From Promethearchaeota archaeon (GTDB lineage: Archaea; Asgardarchaeota; Lokiarchaeia; Sigyniarchaeales; SOKP01): 64,000 bases of DNA. Every line of letters starts with the position of its first letter. The stretch's first letter is position 1. Shown here piece after piece: positions 50,448-59,684 of the stretch. Made by a program: the position numbers and the translations under genes. Under the pieces are notes generated by a model. That model saw only the letters and a list, made by a program, of their open reading frames with translations. It did not search any database and was not told the DNA's origin. The stretch covers positions 1 to 64,000 of the forward strand of contig JAEOTR010000023.1 in the NCBI GenBank assembly GCA_016839705.1, read 5' to 3'.

Positions 50448-51377
50448 ATGACAAATGTAGTGGTTGCCAGATCTTTTGGATTGGATTACATTTACCTTGA
50501 TATAATATTTCTTATCATCTGGATTCTTTTTTTAGTAAAAAAAAAATATTGGATTCCTATTGCTTGGGGTTTGTTGGGATGGTTTGTTTATCTCTTTACT
50601 GATTATATTCTATGGTACTTGATTACCCAAACACGACAATACATTGGACCATTAGATCCCCTTATATTCTTTATTTGGTTTTGTTTTTCCCCAGGATTTG
50701 TTCAATTCTCATATGTTATTTTGATGTTTGAAAAAAGAAATAGACATGATTTACTATTTTTTACATTTCTTTTCTATATTGGTTGGATAATAGTATCAGT
50801 CGGATCCCAATTACTCCCAATTGATGATACTGTTATCAGAGTATATCGCGATATGAATGTAGATAACCAAAGATTTAATATGACGATGATGGTATTTGTT
50901 AACATAATAATTGCTGTTTTTTTATATATTAAAAAAAGGTTGCGTTTAGAAGATGTTCTATATTTATTTTTAGTAGGAACCTTAGTTGAATTTGCTTTAG
51001 AACTCACACTAGCTGTTTCAGGTATACGTCAAGAACAAGGAACATGGAATTTAGGTTTGATGATTCTTAATTCTTTAATTGAATTTAATCTAGGAATCGT
51101 TTTAATATATCTATTATGGGTACCAATAAAAATAAAAAGATATCAGAAATATTATCTGCAATTAAGCTATAAGGATTTAAAAAATATTAAAACAAACTTC
51201 GATATTGTTGCTTTTATCTGTAATAGTAGATCAATAAATGAAAAACATATGAAGAATTATTCCCGTTTATACACAATCGAAGATTTCCTCTCTGACATTA
51301 TGTATTATTGTCAGAAATATAATAAAAAACCAATCAAAGAGAATTTATTAAGTGAGATAAATCGTTATTGGGAATAG
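50448..51377 (+). CDS. Hypothetical polytopic membrane protein
   Basis: About seven hydrophobic helices plus soluble C-terminal tail. Confidence 0.7.
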   Translation: MTNVVVARSFGLDYIYLDIIFLIIWILFLVKKKYWIPIAWGLLGWFVYLFTDYILWYLITQTRQYIGPLDPLIFFIWFCFSPGFVQFSYVILMFEKRNRHDLLFFTFLFYIGWIIVSVGSQLLPIDDTVIRVYRDMNVDNQRFNMTMMVFVNIIIAVFLYIKKRLRLEDVLYLFLVGTLVEFALELTLAVSGIRQEQGTWNLGLMILNSLIEFNLGIVLIYLLWVPIKIKRYQKYYLQLSYKDLKNIKTNFDIVAFICNSRSINEKHMKNYSRLYTIEDFLSDIMYYCQKYNKKPIKENLLSEINRYWE

Positions 51378-51526
51378 CTAGTACTGAATTAGATTATTTT
51401 AAATAATTAAGTTTTATAATAATAAATTAAATTTATCCCCTCTTACTATTTAATAATAGGACACCCTACTTGTTGTTAAATACAACAGATTGATATATTT
51501 ATAATCAGATTTAGTTATTTTTTTAT

Positions 51527-53353
51527 ATGAAAGATATTGAATTGCAGAGAAAGAGTTTACCTAATGAACCTGGTGTTTATCTGTTCAAGGATAAAGAGGA
51601 TTCTATAATTTATATTGGAAAAGCTATAAACTTGAAAAAACGAGTGAATCAATATTTTCTAAAAACTAGTTATAATGACCCTTATTATGAAGAAAAAATA
51701 AAGGAATTAGTTAATAAAATTCAATCTGTTGAATATATAGTGACTGAAAATGAAAAGGAAGCACTCCTTTTAGAAAATATTCAAATTAAGAAATACTTAC
51801 CTCGATATAACGTAATTATGAGGGATTCTAAGACATATCCCTGGGTTGCTATTTTTTACTCTGAAGATTATCCGCGTATCCGAGTTCTTAGAAATCCCCA
51901 TAAATACTCTCAAAAAAATTTATTCTTGGGACCTTATACGGATAAAAAAGAGATTATTAGAATCTTAAGAGATTTAAGAAAAATTTTCCCTTACTGCTCA
52001 TGCAAAAAACCGGTTAGAAAAGGAAAAAGACCTTGTTTATACTACCAGTTGAAACTTTGCCCTGGTCCATGTTTTTCCGATATAACTAAAGAAGAATATC
52101 ACGATAACATTAAAAAAATCGAATTATTTTTAAAAGGCGAAACAAGTGTAATAAAAAAACAAATTGGAGAAAAAATGGAAAGAGCTTCAGGAGAACAGAA
52201 CTACGAATTAGCAGCCTTATGGCGAGACAAACTAGAAGATATTGAACATGCAACAGATCAACAACATGTTTTTATGGATTATGAAGCCAATAAGGATATA
52301 ATTGCAAATTATGCTGAGGATAACTTTATGACTTTGGTTGTCATCCATATTAGAGAAGGAAGAATAATTAATAGAAATTCTTTTAACTTCGATTTAAGAG
52401 AAAAGTTAGTTCACAAAACTGAGATTTTTGCTTCAATTTTAGAACAATATTATCAAGATTTTAAAACAAAATTACCAGATCAGATAATTATAGCTGAGTT
52501 AAATAAGAAATTTAAAATTTTAATCAATTATTTAAAAGATTTAAAACCAGATATACAAATTAGAACTCCGAAGGATGATTACGAAATCAGTTTAATTCGA
52601 ATCGCAAATAAAAATGCCGAAGTTATAGTTCAACAACAGGTTGAAATGGAAAAGATTAAAATGGATGAAATCGATTTCAGGGAAGAAGTTCTAAAGGAAG
52701 CAAAAGAAATTCTGAACTTACCAAATGAACCTAGGATTATTGAAGGTTTTGACATATCGAATGTCGAAGGTACCGATGCAACGGGCTCAATGGTCTATTT
52801 TCTGGAAGCAAAGCCTTACACTAAGAATTACAGGCATTTTAATATTAAATCCAAGTCAACTCCTGATGATGTGGCAATGATAAAAGAAGTAATAAAAAGA
52901 AGATACGAAATGATTTTAAAAAGAAATTTAGAGCTTCCTGATTTAATAATAGTTGATGGTGGAAAAGGTCAATTGAATGCAGGGATTTCTGTTTTACAAG
53001 AATTAGGTCTCGAAATCCCTATTATAGGTTTGGCTAAAAGATATGAAGAAATCTATTTTCCTAACCAAAAGGATCCAATTACTCTTCCAAAAAGTTCACA
53101 AATCTTAAAGCTCCTTCAAAGAGTCAGGGATGAGGCTCATCGTTTTGCTGTCAGACTCCATAAAAAACAAAGGAAGAAACGAATGATTGGTTCTATATTA
53201 GATGATATTGAAGGAGTGGGCCCAATTTCACGAAATAAATTACTTAATCATTTTGGGAGTGTGAACAACATAAAAAATGCTTCCTTTGAAGAAATATCAA
53301 AAATTGTTGGGAAAAAATTAGCTAAAGTGATTCTGAAAGAATTTAATGAGTAA
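51527..53353 (+). CDS. uvrC: Excinuclease ABC subunit C
   Basis: GIY-YIG PGVY..YIGKA, UVR domain, IEGFDIS, VDGGKGQL, RVRDEAHRFA, HhH. Confidence 0.96.
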   Translation: MKDIELQRKSLPNEPGVYLFKDKEDSIIYIGKAINLKKRVNQYFLKTSYNDPYYEEKIKELVNKIQSVEYIVTENEKEALLLENIQIKKYLPRYNVIMRDSKTYPWVAIFYSEDYPRIRVLRNPHKYSQKNLFLGPYTDKKEIIRILRDLRKIFPYCSCKKPVRKGKRPCLYYQLKLCPGPCFSDITKEEYHDNIKKIELFLKGETSVIKKQIGEKMERASGEQNYELAALWRDKLEDIEHATDQQHVFMDYEANKDIIANYAEDNFMTLVVIHIREGRIINRNSFNFDLREKLVHKTEIFASILEQYYQDFKTKLPDQIIIAELNKKFKILINYLKDLKPDIQIRTPKDDYEISLIRIANKNAEVIVQQQVEMEKIKMDEIDFREEVLKEAKEILNLPNEPRIIEGFDISNVEGTDATGSMVYFLEAKPYTKNYRHFNIKSKSTPDDVAMIKEVIKRRYEMILKRNLELPDLIIVDGGKGQLNAGISVLQELGLEIPIIGLAKRYEEIYFPNQKDPITLPKSSQILKLLQRVRDEAHRFAVRLHKKQRKKRMIGSILDDIEGVGPISRNKLLNHFGSVNNIKNASFEEISKIVGKKLAKVILKEFNE

Positions 53354-53385
53354 AAGTCTTAATATTAAAAAAAAAAAGGATTTAA

Positions 53386-54663
53386 TCATAAATATTCAGT
53401 TTTTATCTTCGAGAGCATAGCACAGATGATTATTATCGCTCCTAATAATATAAATGTTGTGCTTAAATTCCACATTACTAAGTATCCAATAAGGGGATAA
53501 AGTATCGTTCGTATGAGACTTGAAATCATATTTATTGTACTTATAACTGTCGCTCTATTCTGTGATTCGATCTGGTTATTAATGCTTTTAATAAATATTA
53601 TCCTCCTCGAGAATCCGAATCCAATTATTGATAGAATTAAAGGAATACTAATTGGAATGTAATAGATCAACGCCACTAGAATAAATCCAATTCCAGGTAC
53701 TATGGTATATAACCGTAGAAATCTTCTCTTATTTCTCACCTTGTTTTCGAGTTTAGGAATAATATTGAAAAACACTATTTGTATAATTGTCATTGATGCG
53801 CCAATGAATCCAAAAAATACCAATTGAAAATTCAATGCTTCTAGATATAGTTGATATGTCCATATTAAGAAAAATACAATAGATTCAGTTGTTATCATTT
53901 CAAATGCTAATATCCGTAGAATTTTGTTATTTATGAGCTCCTTAAATCCAGATTTTATCACAGTTAAATATTTCTCCGCTTTTACTTCTTCCAGTTCGTG
54001 ATTTGGCTCTTTTAGCGTTAGCGAAACTATTGTTGCTATGATAAATGGGAAAAACATGAAAATCATCACAAGGTTTAATGAAAAGTACGCGCCTATCATA
54101 GATCCGATTGGAGCTGAAATTCCAATTCCTATCAACATGAAGCTCCTATTCTTAGCAATCACCTGTGATATATCATTTTCTCTTCCAAGTTTTCTTAAAG
54201 AATCATATATAAAGGCTTGATCCGTTCCTGATATTAAAGCTCCTGCAAATGCCCACAGTGTTTCACCAATAACAAAGATGATTATATTAGGATAGCTTCC
54301 ATAGATCAGTGCTGCAACCGCAGTAATGAATGCTCCGAGTATTAAAGAGAATTTTCTACTTACATAATCAGCTATTGCTCCACATGGAATCTCAAATAAT
54401 AAAACCATCATTGTAAAGTAGCTTTGCAAAAGCATTACTTCCACGAAAGTAAGTTTTCCCCACGTCATGAAAAACGGTAATAATACTCCTGAAATCAAAT
54501 GAAGACCCATGAGAAAATTAAATAGATACGATTTCCATAGATTTGCATTCCATTTGTTTAAATCTGATTTATCATGAACAATACTTTGGGTTCCTTCTGT
54601 GTTTCCATTTTCTATGCTCAAGTTTTCGAATTCTTCATTTTTTTCACAATATTCTGCTGTCAT
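53386..54663 (-). CDS. MFS transporter
   Basis: FEIPCGAIADYVSRK, SGTDQAFIYDSL, RATVIS; about 12 TM helices. Confidence 0.9.
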   Translation of the reverse strand: MTAEYCEKNEEFENLSIENGNTEGTQSIVHDKSDLNKWNANLWKSYLFNFLMGLHLISGVLLPFFMTWGKLTFVEVMLLQSYFTMMVLLFEIPCGAIADYVSRKFSLILGAFITAVAALIYGSYPNIIIFVIGETLWAFAGALISGTDQAFIYDSLRKLGRENDISQVIAKNRSFMLIGIGISAPIGSMIGAYFSLNLVMIFMFFPFIIATIVSLTLKEPNHELEEVKAEKYLTVIKSGFKELINNKILRILAFEMITTESIVFFLIWTYQLYLEALNFQLVFFGFIGASMTIIQIVFFNIIPKLENKVRNKRRFLRLYTIVPGIGFILVALIYYIPISIPLILSIIGFGFSRRIIFIKSINNQIESQNRATVISTINMISSLIRTILYPLIGYLVMWNLSTTFILLGAIIIICAMLSKIKTEYL

Positions 54664-54694
54664 TTTGATCCATTCTGAGTATTTTTTTATTTTT

Positions 54695-54964
54695 TTAGCA
54701 GAAGTTAAGAAGATTATAACAGGCTTTATTCGCTTCTAGATTTCGCAAGTAAGCTTCCTTTTCTTCACGATATCTCAAATTATATAGTTCATTGATTCTA
54801 AGCTGACATAATTTACGATTTTGGTTTTCTAATTTACCCTGCCATTTTCGTAGTATTTGTACTATTAGCTCAATCAATTTTTCATTTAATTCTCCATTTG
54901 CTCTTTCTAGGCTCTTTTTATCTCTTAATTCTGCCCATTCCTTTAATTCTAACAAAATTTTCAC
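54695..54964 (-). CDS. Hypothetical small helical protein
   Basis: 89 aa ORF directly upstream of the MFS gene. Confidence 0.5.
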   Translation of the reverse strand: MKILLELKEWAELRDKKSLERANGELNEKLIELIVQILRKWQGKLENQNRKLCQLRINELYNLRYREEKEAYLRNLEANKACYNLLNFC

Positions 54965-55181
54965 CTTATTTTTTATATTTTTTACTTTTTTTTTTTAATT
55001 TTATTTTTAAAAAAACAACATATTTGATTATCCTAAGTCAAAGTTATTGTGCACTCTATCTTGTCTAGTATCAAAGAAAAAAAAGAAACAAGAATTTAGA
55101 TCAAATAATGAAATAGGTGTAGTAATTGTATCGAAAGTGTTAAAGAGTAAAAGCTAATATTTGCCGAATTTCGTGTATTTA

Positions 55182-55319
55182 TTAGGATATAGTATTAATG
55201 CTATGTACCTTAAAGTACATATACATTAATGTCATGGCCATTGATTTACATATAGACGGAGTACGGATTAGAGTATCTCCATCGAACAATCCAATCCATC
55301 TATGATCTTTAAGTACCAT
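55182..55319 (-). CDS. Possible 45-aa leader peptide / small ORF in a structured leader
   Basis: MVLKDHRWIGLFDGDTLIRTPSICKSMAMTLMYMYFKVHSINTIS*; TTTAAATA box about 50 nt upstream. Confidence 0.3.
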   Translation of the reverse strand: MVLKDHRWIGLFDGDTLIRTPSICKSMAMTLMYMYFKVHSINTIS

Positions 55320-55458
55320 GATTTATTCAACAAATATGTTTAAAAAATATATATTATATATTAATATTTAAATCTTACTGAAGATTTCGATTCTATGACT
55401 TAAGTGGGAAAAGGGTGGGTATTGATCCAATTATACTTCTTTTAAGAACTAGAAGAAA

Positions 55459-56898
55459 TTACATTCTGGCTATAAAGAGCTTAATAAGTTCAGTTGTGGC
55501 TTCACAATAAACTCTTGCCAGGGATTCTCTTTTGGCCTCGCTAAATATTCTTATTATGGGTTCGGTATTTGAAGGGTGAATTAAAACAAACCACTCCTTT
55601 CCTATTCCAAATCGGAGATCAAAATCAATTTGTTCTACATTTTCACCCTCATCTATTAGCTCTTTTTTTACCAATTTGATTATCAAAGCTACATCTTTAT
55701 TCTTAATTTTTATGTGTTTTCTATGGGAAAAATACCTAGGTAATTGAGCTACCAGAGCGGATATCTTTTTTCCGGTTTTCACTAAAATTTCTGTAATTTT
55801 CACGGCTGCAAAAATACCATCTCTGGTTTTGTTAAAATAAGGATATATCAATCCCCCACCTGAACCTTCTCCTCCGAAAACTAATAGATTTTCAGCGTCA
55901 TTTCTCCTTTCTTTAATCAAAGTGTTCATTTTTGCAATTAAATATCTCTCTCCTATGGAGGTTCGAAATACTTTCGCATTATATTCTTCTGCTAGTGCTT
56001 CAAATCGTAAAGAAGAAGCTAGATTTGTAATAATAATAATTTCTTTATTTGAATTATAATGATTTTTTAGATAATCTTTTGTAATAAGTGATAAACCAAT
56101 ATCCCCAGAATAGTAGGCACCATCATCCCCAATAATAGCTAATCTATCTGCATCTGAATCGTGAGCAAATCCTAAATCAAACTTACCTTGCCATACTTCC
56201 ATTATTAAATCTCGAAGATTTGTTTCTATTGGCTCAATTCCTCGAGGAAATGCGCTTTTAACAAGTAATTTATTATTAATCAATTTAACTCTGCAGCCCA
56301 TATCTTTTAATATCTGAGGAGTTGCAAACTTTCCTGCTCCCGCTCCAGTATCAATCACTACTCTAAGCTTATTCCTTCTAGTAATATCTTCAAGATCAAT
56401 CTGCTTGAAAAGATCCTGAGTATATTGTATATAGGGATTCAGATTCTCTATATTATCATGTACTTTTTTTCTTTTAACTGAATAGGATTTTACATTAATT
56501 AAGTTTAGCTTGCTTTTAATGTATTCCATCTCAGCGGCTTGTAGAAAATTTCCGCTAGAAAGTAATTTTAAACCATTCCATTCCTGAGAGTTGTGAGATC
56601 CGGTAATAATGATACCGGCTGGAATGTTGAGATTACTTTTTGCATGAATTATAATGGGAGTTGGGCAAATTCCTGCATTAAATATTTTAAAACCAGTTGC
56701 AATTAAACCATCAATAACCACCTTTTCAAATTCTTTTCCACTTGGTCGAGTATCTCTACCTATTATAACTCTTTTATCTTTGTCATTAAACCACAAACCA
56801 AATGCGATCACAATTTTCTTAACAATTTTAGGATTAAGATCTTTTCCAACTCTACCACGAATTCCGCTTGGAGTAAAAAGTAAATTTTCTTTTTCCAT
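55459..56898 (-). CDS. Phosphoglucomutase/phosphomannomutase (alpha-D-phosphohexomutase)
   Basis: SGIRG, GRDTRPSG, TGSHN, HDSDADR, GGEGSGG, PSNTEP. Confidence 0.92.
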   Translation of the reverse strand: MEKENLLFTPSGIRGRVGKDLNPKIVKKIVIAFGLWFNDKDKRVIIGRDTRPSGKEFEKVVIDGLIATGFKIFNAGICPTPIIIHAKSNLNIPAGIIITGSHNSQEWNGLKLLSSGNFLQAAEMEYIKSKLNLINVKSYSVKRKKVHDNIENLNPYIQYTQDLFKQIDLEDITRRNKLRVVIDTGAGAGKFATPQILKDMGCRVKLINNKLLVKSAFPRGIEPIETNLRDLIMEVWQGKFDLGFAHDSDADRLAIIGDDGAYYSGDIGLSLITKDYLKNHYNSNKEIIIITNLASSLRFEALAEEYNAKVFRTSIGERYLIAKMNTLIKERRNDAENLLVFGGEGSGGGLIYPYFNKTRDGIFAAVKITEILVKTGKKISALVAQLPRYFSHRKHIKIKNKDVALIIKLVKKELIDEGENVEQIDFDLRFGIGKEWFVLIHPSNTEPIIRIFSEAKRESLARVYCEATTELIKLFIARM

Positions 56899-56925
56899 CC
56901 TTTCTGCGTTATTATTAGTTTATTT

Positions 56926-57948
56926 TTAAATAACTATTTTATTTTGTTCTATACAATACTTTGCATATGTCAAAGCTCCTCTTAAGCCAATTTCATCTTG
57001 AAATTTTGTGAGTTTTATTTTGGGGGGATGATTTATAGAAAACCTAATAGGATCCTTTTCGAACTGTTCAATTAACTCCGGGATTATCAAATCTTTATCA
57101 TTCATCATTGCTCCTCCCAAATAAATTGATGAGCAATCATAATAATTGTTTATTAAACCTATACCCACTTTCGTATAAAAAATACAATCATCAACAATTT
57201 TACAAGATAAAATATCTCCCTTTCTTGCAGCTTGGAAGACTTCCTTGGCAGTGATTTTAGTTGTATCATTCTCTATAATTTCTAACAATAAATCCGCATT
57301 TAACTTTCCTTCTTTTATCCCTTCCAAAGTTCTTAATTTTACTCCAGTTCCAGAGCTATATGCCTCCCAGCACCCATAAGCCCCACAATTACACCTAACT
57401 TTACTTTTGGGATTGACTATTCCATGTCCAATTTCAGCAGCATTACCCTCTTTTCCTAGTAATAAATGGCCATCGCAAATAACTCCTCCTCCAATTCCCG
57501 TCGACATCGTAATATATACTACATTATCTTTTTCATTTTCTTCTGCTTCAAAATAATGAACACCTAAAACACCTCCGCTACCATCATTAATAAAGTATAT
57601 AGGAATCCTTGGAAATTGATTTTCAATTGGGTCCCTTAATGGGATGATCCGAAAACCTAAATTTGCATTGTTGAAAACAACTCCAGTGTCAGTATTTAAA
57701 GGGCCTGCAGAGGCAATGCCTATGGCTAATAGCTCATTCTTCCTAATTTGATTTTCTTTCAATAATTTTAAAAGTATCTCACATATTGAAGTGCTGATAG
57801 AGAATTTATTCTCTTTTAAGGTTCTCGTTGATTTTTTCTTTAAATTTACTTCATTCAAATCTATTGTACATATTGCAACCCGAATCCAGGTACCACCAAT
57901 ATCAACACCTGCAATATATCCTTCTACTATTTTTTTCACCCATATCAA
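56926..57948 (-). CDS. ROK-family sugar kinase (glucokinase-like)
   Basis: GVDIGGT, IND, STGIGGG, AEIGH...CNCG..GCWE. Confidence 0.92.
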   Translation of the reverse strand: MIWVKKIVEGYIAGVDIGGTWIRVAICTIDLNEVNLKKKSTRTLKENKFSISTSICEILLKLLKENQIRKNELLAIGIASAGPLNTDTGVVFNNANLGFRIIPLRDPIENQFPRIPIYFINDGSGGVLGVHYFEAEENEKDNVVYITMSTGIGGGVICDGHLLLGKEGNAAEIGHGIVNPKSKVRCNCGAYGCWEAYSSGTGVKLRTLEGIKEGKLNADLLLEIIENDTTKITAKEVFQAARKGDILSCKIVDDCIFYTKVGIGLINNYYDCSSIYLGGAMMNDKDLIIPELIEQFEKDPIRFSINHPPKIKLTKFQDEIGLRGALTYAKYCIEQNKIVI

Positions 57949-58033
57949 TTTATTGTTATCTGATTAAATAATCTTAATCAATAATAGTTTTTCATTAAAA
58001 TATATACAAAACCGTTGATAAAAAATATCTATT

Positions 58034-58831
58034 TTAATAAAAATTGATTGTAATACTCTTATCTTGAATCAGGTCTTCAAGATATTTGACAATTTCATTT
58101 TTTCTGGTATCATCAATGCTATATACATAATACTCAGCAGGAATCCTTGCGGTTGTGTATATTTGCACTAAATCAGGTTTTATCCTTTTCAATGCTAGGG
58201 CTAATTTGTCTAAATTTGAATTATTATTATTTGATGTAAAATCTCTGTTGTAAGAATTGTAAATTAAACTTTGAATAACTAATTTATGATCAACCGTCTT
58301 TTCTTCTCGAAGTTTCACTAATGAATTTATTATCGCTTCAATATTCGGTGATTTATTATGGGGACGATTAGTTCTTTTAAAATCGTCATCTGTAGCCACA
58401 TCTAGTTTAGCTAATATAAACTCAAATTGTTTTACTCTTTCTCTAATCTCTTCTAAATATAGTGTGCTGGAATTAGTAAAAAGAGTAAGTAAGGGTTTTT
58501 GCCCTGTCCATTCACAATTTTCCCTCACCTCATAAGCTATATTTAGAAAATCCAATAAATGATCATTCAAAGTTGGTTCTCCATTATAACCGAAAGTAAT
58601 TGAATTCAAATGAGGAACTAGTGATAGAATAGAAGCTAATTCTTTTCTAAACTTGGAAGAGGGTGGAAATTTTATTCTAAAATTTGGAGGTACTAAATTT
58701 TTTTTATCAGTACTACCTATCTCGCAATATACACAGTTAAAAGTACAAACCTTATAATTTGGTAAAACATTGATTCCTAATGAAAGGCCTAATCGTCTTG
58801 ATTGAAAAGGTCCATAAGTGTAATCACGCAT
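58034..58831 (-). CDS. Radical SAM protein (COG0731/TYW1-like)
   Basis: YGPFQSRRLGLSLGIN, CTFNCVYC, GEPTL, TNSS, AKLD. Confidence 0.88.
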   Translation of the reverse strand: MRDYTYGPFQSRRLGLSLGINVLPNYKVCTFNCVYCEIGSTDKKNLVPPNFRIKFPPSSKFRKELASILSLVPHLNSITFGYNGEPTLNDHLLDFLNIAYEVRENCEWTGQKPLLTLFTNSSTLYLEEIRERVKQFEFILAKLDVATDDDFKRTNRPHNKSPNIEAIINSLVKLREEKTVDHKLVIQSLIYNSYNRDFTSNNNNSNLDKLALALKRIKPDLVQIYTTARIPAEYYVYSIDDTRKNEIVKYLEDLIQDKSITINFY

Positions 58832-58899
58832 ACTAAACTTTCTTAGTAATTTGATAAATCAATTTTATTCCAATTGTATTATTCATTCTTTTAGACTGA

Positions 58900-59631
58900 T
58901 TAATTATTTTTTAAATTATATCTAATAAAATGTTCTATTGCTTTATTTACTTGTTTAGGTTGTTCTAACATTACTAAATGCCCTGCTTTCTCAATTACTA
59001 CAAGTTCAGAAATATTAATTTTTTTATGAAAAAATTCGGAGTATTTTACAGGAGTCATATCATCTTCCTTACCAACTAATATTAAACAAGGAGTATTGAT
59101 TAAGGCAGTTTTATCAAGTGTATCAAATCCATCACAAATTCTATAATCATCATATATAACTTTCGGGTCAGTTTTCAAATATTCCTTTTTAAGATCATCC
59201 CCCATATCATCTATAAACATTTGAAAGTTATTTTTCACAGTTTCCAAGATTGAGGGCAAAACTCGCAATCTACACCCGGTCCCAATTAAAATTAAAGCAG
59301 AAACATCATCAGGGTATTTAAAGTAGAAATCTTGAATAATTGCTCCTCCTAAGGAATGTCCTGCTAAAATCACCTTTTCAACTTTTAAATAATCTATAAA
59401 CGATCTAAGGACATCAGTGTATAAATTTAAGGAGAGTTCTTGAAAATCATCAGAATTATTATGAGAAGGTAAATCAAGTGCATATATATTATAACTTATT
59501 CCTAGTTTTAATTGATCCTTCCATATATTTGAATTTCCACCTGAACCATGTATAAAAATCAGTACCTGGTTCGAATTATTACTTTTTATCTGATAAAATA
59601 CCTTTTTTCCAGAATAGTTAAAAAACGGAAT
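58900..59631 (-). CDS. Alpha/beta hydrolase
   Basis: GHSLGG nucleophile, Asp, AGH; frame extends upstream to ATT 59631 and includes FIHGSGG and ALDLPSH. Confidence 0.88.
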   Translation of the reverse strand: MPFFNYSGKKVFYQIKSNNSNQVLIFIHGSGGNSNIWKDQLKLGISYNIYALDLPSHNNSDDFQELSLNLYTDVLRSFIDYLKVEKVILAGHSLGGAIIQDFYFKYPDDVSALILIGTGCRLRVLPSILETVKNNFQMFIDDMGDDLKKEYLKTDPKVIYDDYRICDGFDTLDKTALINTPCLILVGKEDDMTPVKYSEFFHKKINISELVVIEKAGHLVMLEQPKQVNKAIEHFIRYNLKNN

Positions 59632-59684
59632 AAATTCACACCTAAATATTTTGTTATAACAAATATGAAAATTATTTGGTAAAT

